Assembly (NCBI GenBank): GCA_039586795.1
Contig: JBDHJS010000002.1
Coordinates: 32,001 to 96,000 of the forward strand
DNA: 64,000 bases
Reading direction: 5' to 3'
Source of the DNA: Gemmatimonadota bacterium
GTDB lineage: Bacteria; Gemmatimonadota; Gemmatimonadetes; Palauibacterales; KS3-K002
Position numbers and translations under genes: made by a program. Positions 10,549 through 20,078 of this stretch are shown one piece after another (position 1 is the first letter of the stretch; each line of letters opens with the position of its first letter). Below the pieces are notes generated by a model, which did not search any database, was not told the origin of the DNA, and was given only the letters and a program-made list of their open reading frames with translations.

Positions 10549-12885
10549 CTAGTTCAGATTCTCCTCGAACAGCTTCAAGATCCGACGGTACTCATCCGTC
10601 CAGGCCCAATCGTGCTCGAATCCGTGCTGCTCCTTGGGATAGATCGCCACCTCCCAGTTCTCCTTGCCAAGCTCCATCAAGCGCTCGGCCAGGCGGACCG
10701 TGTCCTGGAAATGGACATTCTGGTCGATCATGCCGTGGCAGATCAGCAGCGCCCCTTCCAACCCCTCCGCATGATAGATGGGCGAGCTGAGACGGTACGC
10801 CTCCGCATCGTCCTGCGGCAGCCCGAGAATGCGCGACGTGTACCAGTGATTGTAGTAGGCCCAATCGGTCACCGGACGCAAAGCGGCTCCCGCGGCAAAT
10901 GTCTCAGGCTCCAGGAACATCGCCATCAACGTGATGAAGCCGCCGTAGCTACCACCATAGAGCCCGATCCGACCCGGCTCGATCCCCAATGAGTCGATGA
11001 GGAACGCCGCACCATCGACCTGATCCGCGAGGTCCTTTCCGCCCATGTGCTTGTGAATCGCCGTCCGCCAGTCACGCCCATACCCGGCCGAGCCCCGATA
11101 GTCGATATCGAGCACCGTGTAGCCCCGCTGGGCGAGCAGGTTGTGGAACATGTATTCCCGGTAGTAGCTGCTCCACCAACTGTGGACGTTCTGCAGGTAG
11201 CCCGCGCCGTGGACGAAGATCACGGCCGCGCCGTTCGGGTTCTCCGGCCGATAAAGGCGGGCAGGGACCTCGAGACCGTCGCGTGCCGGGAAGTACACGA
11301 TCTCTGGAACCATCCAGTCACGAGCTTCGAACTCGGGCGTCGTCGACTCGGTGATCTGTCGCGCCCGGGCGCCTTCCTTGTTGTCCTGCAGGAAAAGTTC
11401 CGGCGGGTGGTTCATCCAGGCGTAAAGCACTCCCAACCGGCGGCCATCCGGCGACACGGCAACCGAGCTCGATCCGCCCTGCATCGTCCCGTGCCCGGTG
11501 ACCAGGCGCCGATCCCTGCCATCCAGGTTCATGCGGTAGAACCCGCGCTCGTGGGGGCTCGCTTCACTCGTGATCAGGAAGAACTCCTTCTCGTCGGGCG
11601 ACAGCCAGGCGTTCAACACTTCCCACGGGCCTGTGGTTAGCGGGAGCGGCTCCCCGCCGCCCACGGCGATTGTGTAGAGATGCGCGAAGCCGGACGCCTC
11701 CGACATGTACCAGACGTGGTCGCCGTCGGGCATCCAGCCGGCGCTGGCCCATCCCGGGCCACCGATCCATGCATCATCGTGCAGCTGATCGACGATGCGT
11801 GACTCACCGGTCTCGGGATCAACGATGAAGACCCAGCGGTCCTTCATGTCGTCGGCGAGTCCCATGATCAGCAGCCGCTGTGAGTTCTTGGACCACCCGC
11901 GGAACATCAGTCGGACTTCACGATCCTCCTGGCCGTGGTCGACCCAGATCACCTCACCCGTCGTCAGGTCCATGATGCCGAGTTTGGAACTGCTCTGTGC
12001 ATCGCCGACGTTGGTCCGCTTGCGAGGTGCCTGCCGCGTGTACCCGTCCTCCGTCACGTAGTCCGGGACCCAGGCGAGGCGCGGATTCTGCGCTTCCATG
12101 GAGAGGCTGAACACCATCTGCGAGCCGTCCGGCGATATCCAGTATCCGCCGAACCTCTCGCCGTTCTTCACGAAGAACGTCTTTGGCGTGTCGACCTGCT
12201 CCGGGTCCGTGGGCGGCGGCCAGCGGGTTGCCCGCTGAATTGAGTCCTCACGAAAGACGCGCAGCAGTTCGGCCTGCTCCTCCTCCAGGAATAGGCGCTG
12301 TCCCTCCGCTTCCCGTTCCTCGCGTGGCTCGTTGCCGCGTCGGATGTCGGTGAGCTGGGTGATCGTCCCGCTGCTCACATCGACGCGAAAGAGGTTGTTG
12401 CTGACCACGTAGTAGACGGCGCTGCCGTCGGGCGCGATCCGAATCGACGACAGTCGCCCGGGAGTCGACAGCAGCAGGCGTTCCTCGCCGCTCCTCACGT
12501 CGAGCAAGTAAAGATCGCCGCCGTCAGTGAACGCAGCCCAGCGTCTGTCATCGCTGTACGTGGCCGACAGACGCGGTTGCAGGTGCCGCGCCTCGTCGTC
12601 ATCGACGACTTCCGGGTCGCCGCCACCCCGGTCCACACGATAGACCCGCTGTCGCTCCTCCCCCGGCGGCTTCCAAACGAAGTACAGAGTCCGGCCGTCC
12701 GGCGACCAGCTGAGCCGGGAAGGTGAGGTCCCCACCAGCGCGGGGCCTTGCATGATGTAAGGGACGGTAAGTTCCGACTGGGCCTGAACGGTGGGCGCTT
12801 GCGGCGCCTGTGTGCTGGCTACGTTTACATGTGAAGCGACTAGAACCAACGCGATGAGGAAAACGCTGAGATAGTTGACCCGCAT
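10549..12885 (-). CDS. S9 family (prolyl oligopeptidase / dipeptidyl peptidase IV-like) peptidase, secreted
   Basis: Signal peptide; beta-propeller; VHGAGY, DYRGSAGYGRDW, GGSYGG nucleophile, D (DQNV) and H (QHGF). Confidence 0.93.
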   Translation of the reverse strand: MRVNYLSVFLIALVLVASHVNVASTQAPQAPTVQAQSELTVPYIMQGPALVGTSPSRLSWSPDGRTLYFVWKPPGEERQRVYRVDRGGGDPEVVDDDEARHLQPRLSATYSDDRRWAAFTDGGDLYLLDVRSGEERLLLSTPGRLSSIRIAPDGSAVYYVVSNNLFRVDVSSGTITQLTDIRRGNEPREEREAEGQRLFLEEEQAELLRVFREDSIQRATRWPPPTDPEQVDTPKTFFVKNGERFGGYWISPDGSQMVFSLSMEAQNPRLAWVPDYVTEDGYTRQAPRKRTNVGDAQSSSKLGIMDLTTGEVIWVDHGQEDREVRLMFRGWSKNSQRLLIMGLADDMKDRWVFIVDPETGESRIVDQLHDDAWIGGPGWASAGWMPDGDHVWYMSEASGFAHLYTIAVGGGEPLPLTTGPWEVLNAWLSPDEKEFFLITSEASPHERGFYRMNLDGRDRRLVTGHGTMQGGSSSVAVSPDGRRLGVLYAWMNHPPELFLQDNKEGARARQITESTTPEFEARDWMVPEIVYFPARDGLEVPARLYRPENPNGAAVIFVHGAGYLQNVHSWWSSYYREYMFHNLLAQRGYTVLDIDYRGSAGYGRDWRTAIHKHMGGKDLADQVDGAAFLIDSLGIEPGRIGLYGGSYGGFITLMAMFLEPETFAAGAALRPVTDWAYYNHWYTSRILGLPQDDAEAYRLSSPIYHAEGLEGALLICHGMIDQNVHFQDTVRLAERLMELGKENWEVAIYPKEQHGFEHDWAWTDEYRRILKLFEENLN

Positions 12886-14199
12886 TTATGCTTCCTCCGG
12901 AAAGTCCTCCAGAACTTCCTTCACCTTGGCCATGAAGAAGTCGCCCATGGCGCCATCCACGACCCGGTGATCGAACGTGAGGCCGAAGTACGAGCGTGAC
13001 CGTATCGCGATCATGTCGTCGATGACGACCGGTCGCTTCTCGATCGCGCCGATACCGAGGATTCCGACCTGTGGCTGGTTGATGATCGGCGTGCCAAATA
13101 GAGAGCCGAACACGCCGGGATTCGTGATCGTGAACGTGCCGCCCTGGACGTCGTCAGGATCGAGCTGCCGCGTGCGCGCTCGCTCGCCGATGTCCTGCAG
13201 ACGCCGTGCGATTCCCAGCAGGCTGAGCTCGTCGACGTCCTTCAACACGGGAACGATGAGCCCGCTGCCCTCATCCATGGCCACGGCGATGCCGATGTTG
13301 TAGTTGCTGTGGTAGACGACCTTGCGGCCAACGACCGACGAGTTGAGCACCGGGTAGGCCTTCAGACCCTCGAGCACCGCCTTGATGATGAACGACAAGA
13401 ACGTGAGCTTGACGCCATCCTGTTCGAAGCGCGGCTTGAGTTTCTTGCGAATGGCGGCCACGCGATCGAAGTCGATCTCGAACACCGAGCTGACATGCGC
13501 GCTAATTCGGCGGCTCATGAGCATGTGCTCCATGATCCGCTGCCGCATGATGTTCATTTCCTCGACGCGATCGTTCTCTCGGATGATCACGTCCGGGATC
13601 TTGATCTCCAGCGTGTCACCGTGAATCGGGACGTAGAGCACGCCGGGCGCGCCGACCGGCATCCCGGCCGCGGCACCGCCACTCTCGATGAACGCCAGGA
13701 TATCCTTCTTCGTCACGCGTCCCGCGACGCCGCTGCCGGAGAGCCGCGCGATATCCACGCCATGCTCAGCTGCGATGCGCCGCACCAGCGGCGTCGAACG
13801 AGTCCGCAGCCGCTGCTCTTTGGTTCCGGGCCCGTCGCCGTCGATCTTGGCCGCGAGGGGCGCGGCCGCTGGGGCGGGCGCGGGCTTTGCCGCGGGCTTC
13901 TCGGCTGGTTTTGCCGCCGGTGTTTCCTCTGCTTCGGCCGGCGCTTCGGCCGCATCGGCTTCCGTCTCGATGCGAGCGATCACCGAGCCGACCTCCACGG
14001 TTGTCCCTTCCTCGACCAGGATCTCGGCCAGCGTGCCCGAGACGGGTGATGGGATATCGGCATCCACTTTGTCGGTGGAAATCTCGAGGATCGACTGATC
14101 CCGCTTCACCTCGTCGCCGATGTTCACCATCCACCGAGTGATCGTCCCCTCGGCGATCGATTCTCCCATCTGCGGCATTATGACATCGACTCTTGCCAT
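12886..14199 (-). CDS. 2-oxoacid dehydrogenase E2 (dihydrolipoamide acyltransferase)
   Basis: Lipoyl domain EISTDKVDA; E3-binding GSGVAGRVTKKDI; catalytic TFDHRVVDG. Confidence 0.95.
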   Translation of the reverse strand: MARVDVIMPQMGESIAEGTITRWMVNIGDEVKRDQSILEISTDKVDADIPSPVSGTLAEILVEEGTTVEVGSVIARIETEADAAEAPAEAEETPAAKPAEKPAAKPAPAPAAAPLAAKIDGDGPGTKEQRLRTRSTPLVRRIAAEHGVDIARLSGSGVAGRVTKKDILAFIESGGAAAGMPVGAPGVLYVPIHGDTLEIKIPDVIIRENDRVEEMNIMRQRIMEHMLMSRRISAHVSSVFEIDFDRVAAIRKKLKPRFEQDGVKLTFLSFIIKAVLEGLKAYPVLNSSVVGRKVVYHSNYNIGIAVAMDEGSGLIVPVLKDVDELSLLGIARRLQDIGERARTRQLDPDDVQGGTFTITNPGVFGSLFGTPIINQPQVGILGIGAIEKRPVVIDDMIAIRSRSYFGLTFDHRVVDGAMGDFFMAKVKEVLEDFPEEA

Positions 14200-14226
14200 G
14201 GCTTCGGCCTCAGGTCTTTGGTTCTG

Positions 14227-15234
14227 CTAGTACGCGAGCATCCAACGCGCAGCTCTCGCTATTTGATCCGCCTGCACAAGATACTCGTCCTCGAGCGGCG
14301 GACTAAAGGGAACGGGTGTGTCGGGGCCGGTCACGCGGCGCACCGGTGCGTCCAGCCACTCGAAACAGTTCTCGTTGACGCGAGCGACGATCTCTCCGGC
14401 GATCCCACCGGTGCGTGGCGCTTCATGAACTACCAAGCATCGATTCGTCTTCTTCACCGAATCGACTATCGCCGCATCGTCAATTGGGTTCAGGGAGCGC
14501 AAGTCGATAACCTCGATCTGCGCGCCGTCTTCGTCCGCCAACAATTCAGCCGCTTCCACCGAACGCTGAACCATCGCACCGAAGGTGAGCACGCTCAGCG
14601 CATCTCCCTCTCGGGCGCAACGCGCCTTGCCGATCGGCACCACGAAATCGTCTTCGGGAAGCGCTTCTCTGACGCGTCGATAGAGATACTTGTGCTCAAA
14701 GTAGAGGACCGGGTCCGGGTCCCTGATGGCCGCTTTCAACAAGCCTTTAGCATCATACGGCGTAGAAGGCGCCACCATCTTCAGACCCGCGACGTTCAGA
14801 AAGTACGACTCCACATTCTGCGAATGAAAAGGCCCTCCCCTTCCACCACCACCGCACGGTCCGCGCACGACGATCGACGCGTTCTCCCCCGTTCGGTATC
14901 GCAGTTTCGCCGCGAAGTTGACCAGCATGTCGAACGCCGGCGCGATGAAGTCGATGAACTGCATTTCAACGACCGGCTTCAGGCCCAGCTGGCTGGCTCC
15001 GATCGCCGCACCGACAATCGCCGCTTCGCTGATCGGCGTGTCGATGACCCGGTCGGCGCCGAATCGCTCCCTGAAGCCCTCGGTCAGCTTGAACGCGCCG
15101 CCGTAGCGGCCGATATCCTCGCCAAGGAGAAAGACCGACTCGTCGCTCTCCATCTCTTCGCGGAGTCCGTCCCGAATCGCCTCGAGGTACGTTACCGTCT
15201 GACGATCATCTGTCGCGACGTCCGTCTTGGTCAT
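14227..15234 (-). CDS. 2-oxoacid (pyruvate/branched-chain) dehydrogenase E1 beta subunit
   Basis: GEDIGRYGGAF, DTPISEAAIVG, EMQFIDF, HSQNVE and IDLRSL motifs. Confidence 0.95.
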   Translation of the reverse strand: MTKTDVATDDRQTVTYLEAIRDGLREEMESDESVFLLGEDIGRYGGAFKLTEGFRERFGADRVIDTPISEAAIVGAAIGASQLGLKPVVEMQFIDFIAPAFDMLVNFAAKLRYRTGENASIVVRGPCGGGGRGGPFHSQNVESYFLNVAGLKMVAPSTPYDAKGLLKAAIRDPDPVLYFEHKYLYRRVREALPEDDFVVPIGKARCAREGDALSVLTFGAMVQRSVEAAELLADEDGAQIEVIDLRSLNPIDDAAIVDSVKKTNRCLVVHEAPRTGGIAGEIVARVNENCFEWLDAPVRRVTGPDTPVPFSPPLEDEYLVQADQIARAARWMLAY

Positions 15235-15301
15235 AAGCAGTGGTTGAGGTCAGAACCGGCGAAACCGTAGCGGCAAAATCTAACCCGGGCTAAAGGCGAC
15301 T

Positions 15302-16339
15302 TCAAACAGCGGGCCGTCGGAGGGGCAGCTCGAGGATCCGCGCATCGCCTGACACGCCGCCCTCGGACCAGCGGACGCTGGCCGGCGGCTCGACTTCTCG
15401 TCTGACGTAACCCAAGCCGATGGGCCCCAAATCTGGCGAGTTCGCCACCGATGTGACCTGGCCAATGTCCTTGCCCGCCAGGGATAGCGCCGATCCCGGC
15501 ACCGCACCGTCCGCGTCGAATTCCAGTCCCCGGAGCCGACGATTCACATGACCACGAAAATGGACCCGGGCCACCACTTCCTGGCCCAGGTAGCAACCTT
15601 TGTCGTAAGAGATCGCTTCCCCCTCCAGCCCGGTTTCCTGGGCGAGGTTGTCATCGCTGATGTCCACCCCATACAACGCCAAACCCGACTCTATCCGGAC
15701 AACCTCCAGCGCCCGCGCCCCAACGGGTCTCCCGCCGGCCGCGCCCACCGCCTTCGACAGATGCTCCGCCAGCGCCCTCGCCGCATCGGCAGGCGCGATG
15801 AACTCCAAGCCGTCCGAGCCCAACCATCGGTTCCGGATCACAAGGACCTGGCGACCGTCCAGGTCGTGCCCGCTTGTCGCCAGGTGCTCTGTTGGAGGCT
15901 CCAGCCCCAGAGCATCCTGGACCGCGGTAGCCGCCTCGGGACCGTACACCGCCAGCTGGGTCACTGCCTCGCTGACGTCTTCGAACGTCGCGTAGATCGG
16001 CGGCAGGTACTTCTTGAAGGTGGCGAGAAGGTTCGGAAGCCCACTCCGCGGAACATCGAGGAGGGTATCGCCGGCCCGGGGGAAGACTCGCAGGTCCGTC
16101 AGGACTCGCCCTTTAGCGGTGAGCAGGAACGCGTGTCGCCCCACATCCGACAGACCCGCTACCTGGTTGCTTACCAGTCCGTTGAGCATCTCGTCGCGAC
16201 GGTCACCGGATACGACCACGCAGCCCCGGTCGGAGCGCGCCGCCAGCCCACAAGTATCTACCAGGGCACGATACTCGGCCTCAAAGTCGCCCAGCTCAGA
16301 AGCTGCCGTCAGGTTTTCTAGATCCACTTTCAGTATCAC
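15302..16339 (-). CDS. ygfZ: YgfZ/GcvT family folate-binding protein
   Basis: KGCYLGQEVVAR signature. GTG start at 16339 chosen because it lies downstream of the terminator. Confidence 0.85.
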   Translation of the reverse strand: MILKVDLENLTAASELGDFEAEYRALVDTCGLAARSDRGCVVVSGDRRDEMLNGLVSNQVAGLSDVGRHAFLLTAKGRVLTDLRVFPRAGDTLLDVPRSGLPNLLATFKKYLPPIYATFEDVSEAVTQLAVYGPEAATAVQDALGLEPPTEHLATSGHDLDGRQVLVIRNRWLGSDGLEFIAPADAARALAEHLSKAVGAAGGRPVGARALEVVRIESGLALYGVDISDDNLAQETGLEGEAISYDKGCYLGQEVVARVHFRGHVNRRLRGLEFDADGAVPGSALSLAGKDIGQVTSVANSPDLGPIGLGYVRREVEPPASVRWSEGGVSGDARILELPLRRPAV

Positions 16340-16344
16340 ACCAA

Positions 16345-16385
16345 AAGACGAAGCGCCCCCGGCCCGTCGGGCCGCGGGGCGCTTC
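16345..16385 (-). terminator. Rho-independent terminator after the OmpA-family gene
   Basis: GAAGCGCCCC...GGGGCGCTTC stem followed by GTCTTTT on the minus strand. Confidence 0.7.
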
Positions 16386-16405
16386 GAATGCAAAGCAGCG
16401 CTGAG

Positions 16406-17044
16406 CTACATGCCCGCACCGCGGACCGAGCCGCCGTAATCGATCGCCAGAACGACGCGGCGGTTCTCGATACCGGTGACACCGGGGCCACGGGCCCCTG
16501 GAACCACCTGACGGTCCGGTGACTCACCGTAGCTGACCGAACGGACCTGATCGCCGGGCATCCCGCCCGCTGTGGTCAGGTACCGCTTGACGGCGTCCGC
16601 ACGACGCTTGCCGAGCGAGATGTTATACGCCTCGCTGCCAGCAGGATCGGCGAAGCCCTCGACCGTGATCAGGGCGTCGGCGTAGAACTCCTTGACTACC
16701 TCCGCAAAGCGATCCAGCACCGGCCTGTCGAGGTCACGGATGTCGGCCTTGTCATAGTCGAAGTGCACAGGAACGTTGAACTTCAGCATCCCCTGGGCCT
16801 TCTCCATAGTGACATTGAAGTCCCTCCGCAGTGCCTGCATCTCGGACTCGAGGCTCGAAACGCGGCTCTCGAGCTGGTCGACCCGGCCCGACAGCTGCTG
16901 ATCGCCGGCCGCCATCTCCTGACGCACCTGCGCGAGCTCGGCATCGAGTTCCTCTGGCTTGACGCCGGCCTGGCAGCTGACCAACCCCAGGGCGAGAATG
17001 CCGAACACCGCGGTGGTCGCCAACCGCACGTGTCGTCTGACCAT
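16406..17044 (-). CDS. OmpA/Pal-family peptidoglycan-binding lipoprotein with coiled coil
   Basis: RBS GAAGGAGG; lipobox LVSC; VHFDYDK, VEGFADPAGSEAYNISLGKRRA and NRRV OmpA motifs. Confidence 0.9.
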   Translation of the reverse strand: MVRRHVRLATTAVFGILALGLVSCQAGVKPEELDAELAQVRQEMAAGDQQLSGRVDQLESRVSSLESEMQALRRDFNVTMEKAQGMLKFNVPVHFDYDKADIRDLDRPVLDRFAEVVKEFYADALITVEGFADPAGSEAYNISLGKRRADAVKRYLTTAGGMPGDQVRSVSYGESPDRQVVPGARGPGVTGIENRRVVLAIDYGGSVRGAGM

Positions 17045-17363
17045 CGCTCCTCCTTCTGGTATTGCGTGTGACGGAGCCATAGGCCCCACAAACCTAACGT
17101 CGGGCCTTGGCGATTACCAACCTCCGCCGGCAAGCCAGCGGTTGACCTCGACGATCCGTGATCTCGGTGCCGTCCCAAACCCCGTAAACCCGGCACACGC
17201 CTATCCTTACGCCAGACAGGGATTGCTCGGGAGCGACGTTATTAAGCGGGCTAGGGCCTGGGGAGTAACAATATGTAGCGGGTGAGGCGCATTGGCAACG
17301 GTGGACCGAGCCTGCCGCAACACCAAAATTGACTCCGGGCGGGTCGGGCACAAGATTGGGGTT

Positions 17364-18350
17364 ATGAACAACTCAACTCAGACTCCGGCACCAGCCAGCC
17401 GAGTCAAGCTAACGGATATCTCCTCCCGGTCCTGGGAGCACCCAGCCGACCGGGCAGCCCTCCGCAGCCTCAACACCATCCCCGGCTTCTCCGATGTCGT
17501 TCGCAAGATCGTCGGTCTATTCGGAGAGCGCGGACTGAGGCTGTTCTTCCAGGCGCAAGCGGTTCGTGTGACCCCAAACCAGTACGGGTGGATTCACGAT
17601 CTGCACCTGCGGTCCATCGATACCCTCGATCTCGGTTGGGAACCGGAGCTCTACATCTCGCAGACTCCGGTGGTCAACGCGGGCGCCCTAGGTGTCGAAG
17701 AGCCCTTCGTGTTGATCAACAGCGCCGCGATCGACCTGCTCAGTCCAGAGGAGCTAGAGACCGTCCTCGCCCATGAGATCGGGCACATCGCCAGCGACCA
17801 CGTCCTGTATCGAACGGTCTTCACCCTGCTGCTCCTGCTCGCCCAGCGGCAGCTTCCCATAGCCGGGATCGCGATCGGAGCAGTCATCCTGGCGATGGCC
17901 GAGTGGAACCGCAAAAGCGAGCTGTCCTGCGACCGTGCGGCGCTGCTCGGGACACAGGATCCCGACGCCGTGATGGGCGCCTTCATGAAGCTGGCAGGCG
18001 GCACCGATCACCACAGCGACGCTCTCAATCTGGGCGAGTTCATTCAGCAGTCCGACGAGTACGAAGAGGACGAGAGCCTGGGCGACGCGGTGTTCAAAGT
18101 CATGAACCTGCTCGGTTCCACCCACCCGTTCCACGTCCTACGAGTCGGCGAGCTGCGACGCTGGATTCGAGAGGGTCACTACGACCGGATCATCCGCGGC
18201 GAGTACGTGCGGCGAAGCGAGTCCCAGCGTGCCTACAAGGAGGATGCCAAGGAAGCGGCGTCCTACTACAGCAACGCGGTGAAGAAAGGGATCAGCAAGC
18301 TGAGCGCTTTTCTGGATGACGCCCTAAAGGGCGGGCCGGTGGATTTATAG
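17364..18350 (+). CDS. M48 family metallopeptidase (HtpX-like)
   Basis: WEHPADRAAL, HEIGH, ELSCDRA and STHP motifs. Confidence 0.9.
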   Translation: MNNSTQTPAPASRVKLTDISSRSWEHPADRAALRSLNTIPGFSDVVRKIVGLFGERGLRLFFQAQAVRVTPNQYGWIHDLHLRSIDTLDLGWEPELYISQTPVVNAGALGVEEPFVLINSAAIDLLSPEELETVLAHEIGHIASDHVLYRTVFTLLLLLAQRQLPIAGIAIGAVILAMAEWNRKSELSCDRAALLGTQDPDAVMGAFMKLAGGTDHHSDALNLGEFIQQSDEYEEDESLGDAVFKVMNLLGSTHPFHVLRVGELRRWIREGHYDRIIRGEYVRRSESQRAYKEDAKEAASYYSNAVKKGISKLSAFLDDALKGGPVDL

Positions 18351-18366
18351 GATCGTTCCGAACATG

Positions 18367-18602
18367 TCGACAGCCGACAGCGGACAGCCGTCGCTCGACG
18401 GCCGAGGACTATTCGGCGATCGACGTACTACGCCCGATTTTCTTCAGTCGACGCCCTAACCGCCGGTCTTCCTAGTCAAACCACATCCACTCCCCGCCAG
18501 CCAGGGAACGTCGAATGACGACCGCAGGTCGTCGGTCGTCGGGCGTCGAATAGTCCTCGAACGTCGAGCGGCGAATTTCGGCTGTCGGCTGTCGGCTGTC
18601 GA
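18367..18602. repeat. About 60-bp imperfect inverted repeat built on GACAGCC heptamers, enclosing a spacer of about 110 bp
   Basis: Left arm TCGACAGCCGACAGCGGACAGCCG..TCGCTCGACGGCCGAGGACTATTCG pairs with right arm CGAATAGTCCTCGAACGTCGAGCGGCGAATTTCGGCTGTCGGCTGTCGGCTGTCGA. Confidence 0.8.
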
Positions 18603-18667
18603 AATAGACCGACCGCCGGCCGCCGCCATCGATGAATGTAGGACGTCGAACGTCGAAATGACCCCAC

Positions 18668-18700
18668 AAAAAAAGGGGCACCCAAAGGCGCCCCTTTTTA
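18668..18700. terminator. Bidirectional Rho-independent terminator
   Basis: AAAAAAAGGGGCACC-caaa-GGCGCCCCTTTTT. Confidence 0.8.
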
Positions 18701-19037
18701 CTGAGTCGAGCATTGTCGTTCAAGTACTGAATCGGTGCGCTGCCTAGCCGCTTGGCGGCTGAAGAGAAGAGGAAATGTCATAGACCCGATCAGCAGCGAT
18801 ACACCGGGTGCCAGCACTCTGGTAGCCAAAATCGAACTACTACGCTCTACTCAAGATCTATACCTTCACACCTGCTCCGAGAAGAAGGAACCCACGGTCC
18901 TCCTCTACCCACCCTCACAGGAGGAAATGCCGGATTACCATGTTCTCCCGGCTCTCACTAGTTTAGATGCTGCCTGAGCCAGAATCGTTGCATCCTGCAG
19001 GTCAAGGCCGAATCCCGGCTCCATAGGAAAGACACCG

Positions 19038-20072
19038 GTGAAGCCAAAAACGTTAAACGTGCCGCCCCACTTCGATCCCCCGTCGGTAGGTAAGGTCTGG
19101 CGCGTCCGGTACGCCCAGCGGGCCGACGAGGCTGCCCTCTGGTCCCATCGCAACGATATTCGCGCCGCGGCGGAAGACTCGGCAACGATCTGCCTGGTCC
19201 TCGTCGACTGTCAAAACACCTTCTGCGTTCCCGATTTCGAACTCTTCGTCGGCGGTCGCTCAGGTCGCGGGGCGGTCGAGGACAACGTTCGGCTCTGCGA
19301 GTTCATTTACCGCAACCTCGGCGCCATCACGCTCATCGCGCCGACGATGGATACGCACACCGCGATCCAGATCTTTCACCCCGTGTTTTGGGTCGACGAA
19401 GCCGGGAATCACCCGCTCGGTGGTCAGACCGTGATCACGCAGGCGGATGTGGAGGAGGGTAAGTGGAGGGTGAACCCGGGGGTCGCGGCTGACGCCGCCG
19501 ACGGCGACCAGGAGTTCTTGAGCCGCTACGCGCTGCACTACGTCCGCACGCTCACCGAGGGCGGCAAGTACCCGCTCCTCGTTTGGCCCTATCATGCCAT
19601 GCTCGGCGGCATCGGTCACGCCCTTGTTTCCGCCGTGGAAGAAGCCGTCTTCTTTCACAGCATCGCTCGAAGAACCCAGCCCCGGTTCGAGCTCAAGGGA
19701 AGCATTCCGCTGACCGAGCACTACTCGGTGCTCCACCCTGAGGTAATGGAGACCCATGACGGCGTCTCGATTGGCGCCGTGAACACGAGCCTGATCGACA
19801 AGCTGCTCGAGTTCGATGCGGTGCTCATTTCCGGCCAGGCGAAGAGCCACTGCGTCGCCTGGACGGTTCACGATCTCTTGAGTGAAATTTACGACCGAGA
19901 CCCGGCGCTGGCCGAGAAGGTCTACCTGCTGGAGGATTGTACCTCACCCGTTGTCGTGCCGGGAATCATCGACTTCACGGAGCAAGCCGACCGCGCTTTT
20001 GAGGTCTTCAGGGATGCCGGAATGCATATCGTGCGTTCGACTGACCCGCTGGAGAATTGGCTGCGCGTGTAG
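19038..20072 (+). CDS. Isochorismatase/nicotinamidase-like cysteine hydrolase
   Basis: VDCQNTFC, TMDTH, WPYHAMLG, GQAKSHCV and LEDCTSPV motifs. Confidence 0.85.
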   Translation: MKPKTLNVPPHFDPPSVGKVWRVRYAQRADEAALWSHRNDIRAAAEDSATICLVLVDCQNTFCVPDFELFVGGRSGRGAVEDNVRLCEFIYRNLGAITLIAPTMDTHTAIQIFHPVFWVDEAGNHPLGGQTVITQADVEEGKWRVNPGVAADAADGDQEFLSRYALHYVRTLTEGGKYPLLVWPYHAMLGGIGHALVSAVEEAVFFHSIARRTQPRFELKGSIPLTEHYSVLHPEVMETHDGVSIGAVNTSLIDKLLEFDAVLISGQAKSHCVAWTVHDLLSEIYDRDPALAEKVYLLEDCTSPVVVPGIIDFTEQADRAFEVFRDAGMHIVRSTDPLENWLRV

Positions 20073-20078
20073 TGCGAA

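Noticed and set aside
12886..15234. E1beta and E2 without E1alpha and E3 as a novel complex
   Set aside because: Split 2-oxoacid dehydrogenase loci are common; partners are probably elsewhere in the genome.
18365..18660. Possible CRISPR array in the repeat-rich spacer
   Set aside because: Repeats are 7-nt units in inverted arrangement, with no regular 25-45 bp repeat-spacer pattern and no cas genes.
18915..18940. GAGGAAATGCCGG resembling the RNase P RNA motif GAGGAAAGUCC
   Set aside because: Mismatched core, and the other conserved RNase P RNA elements are absent.
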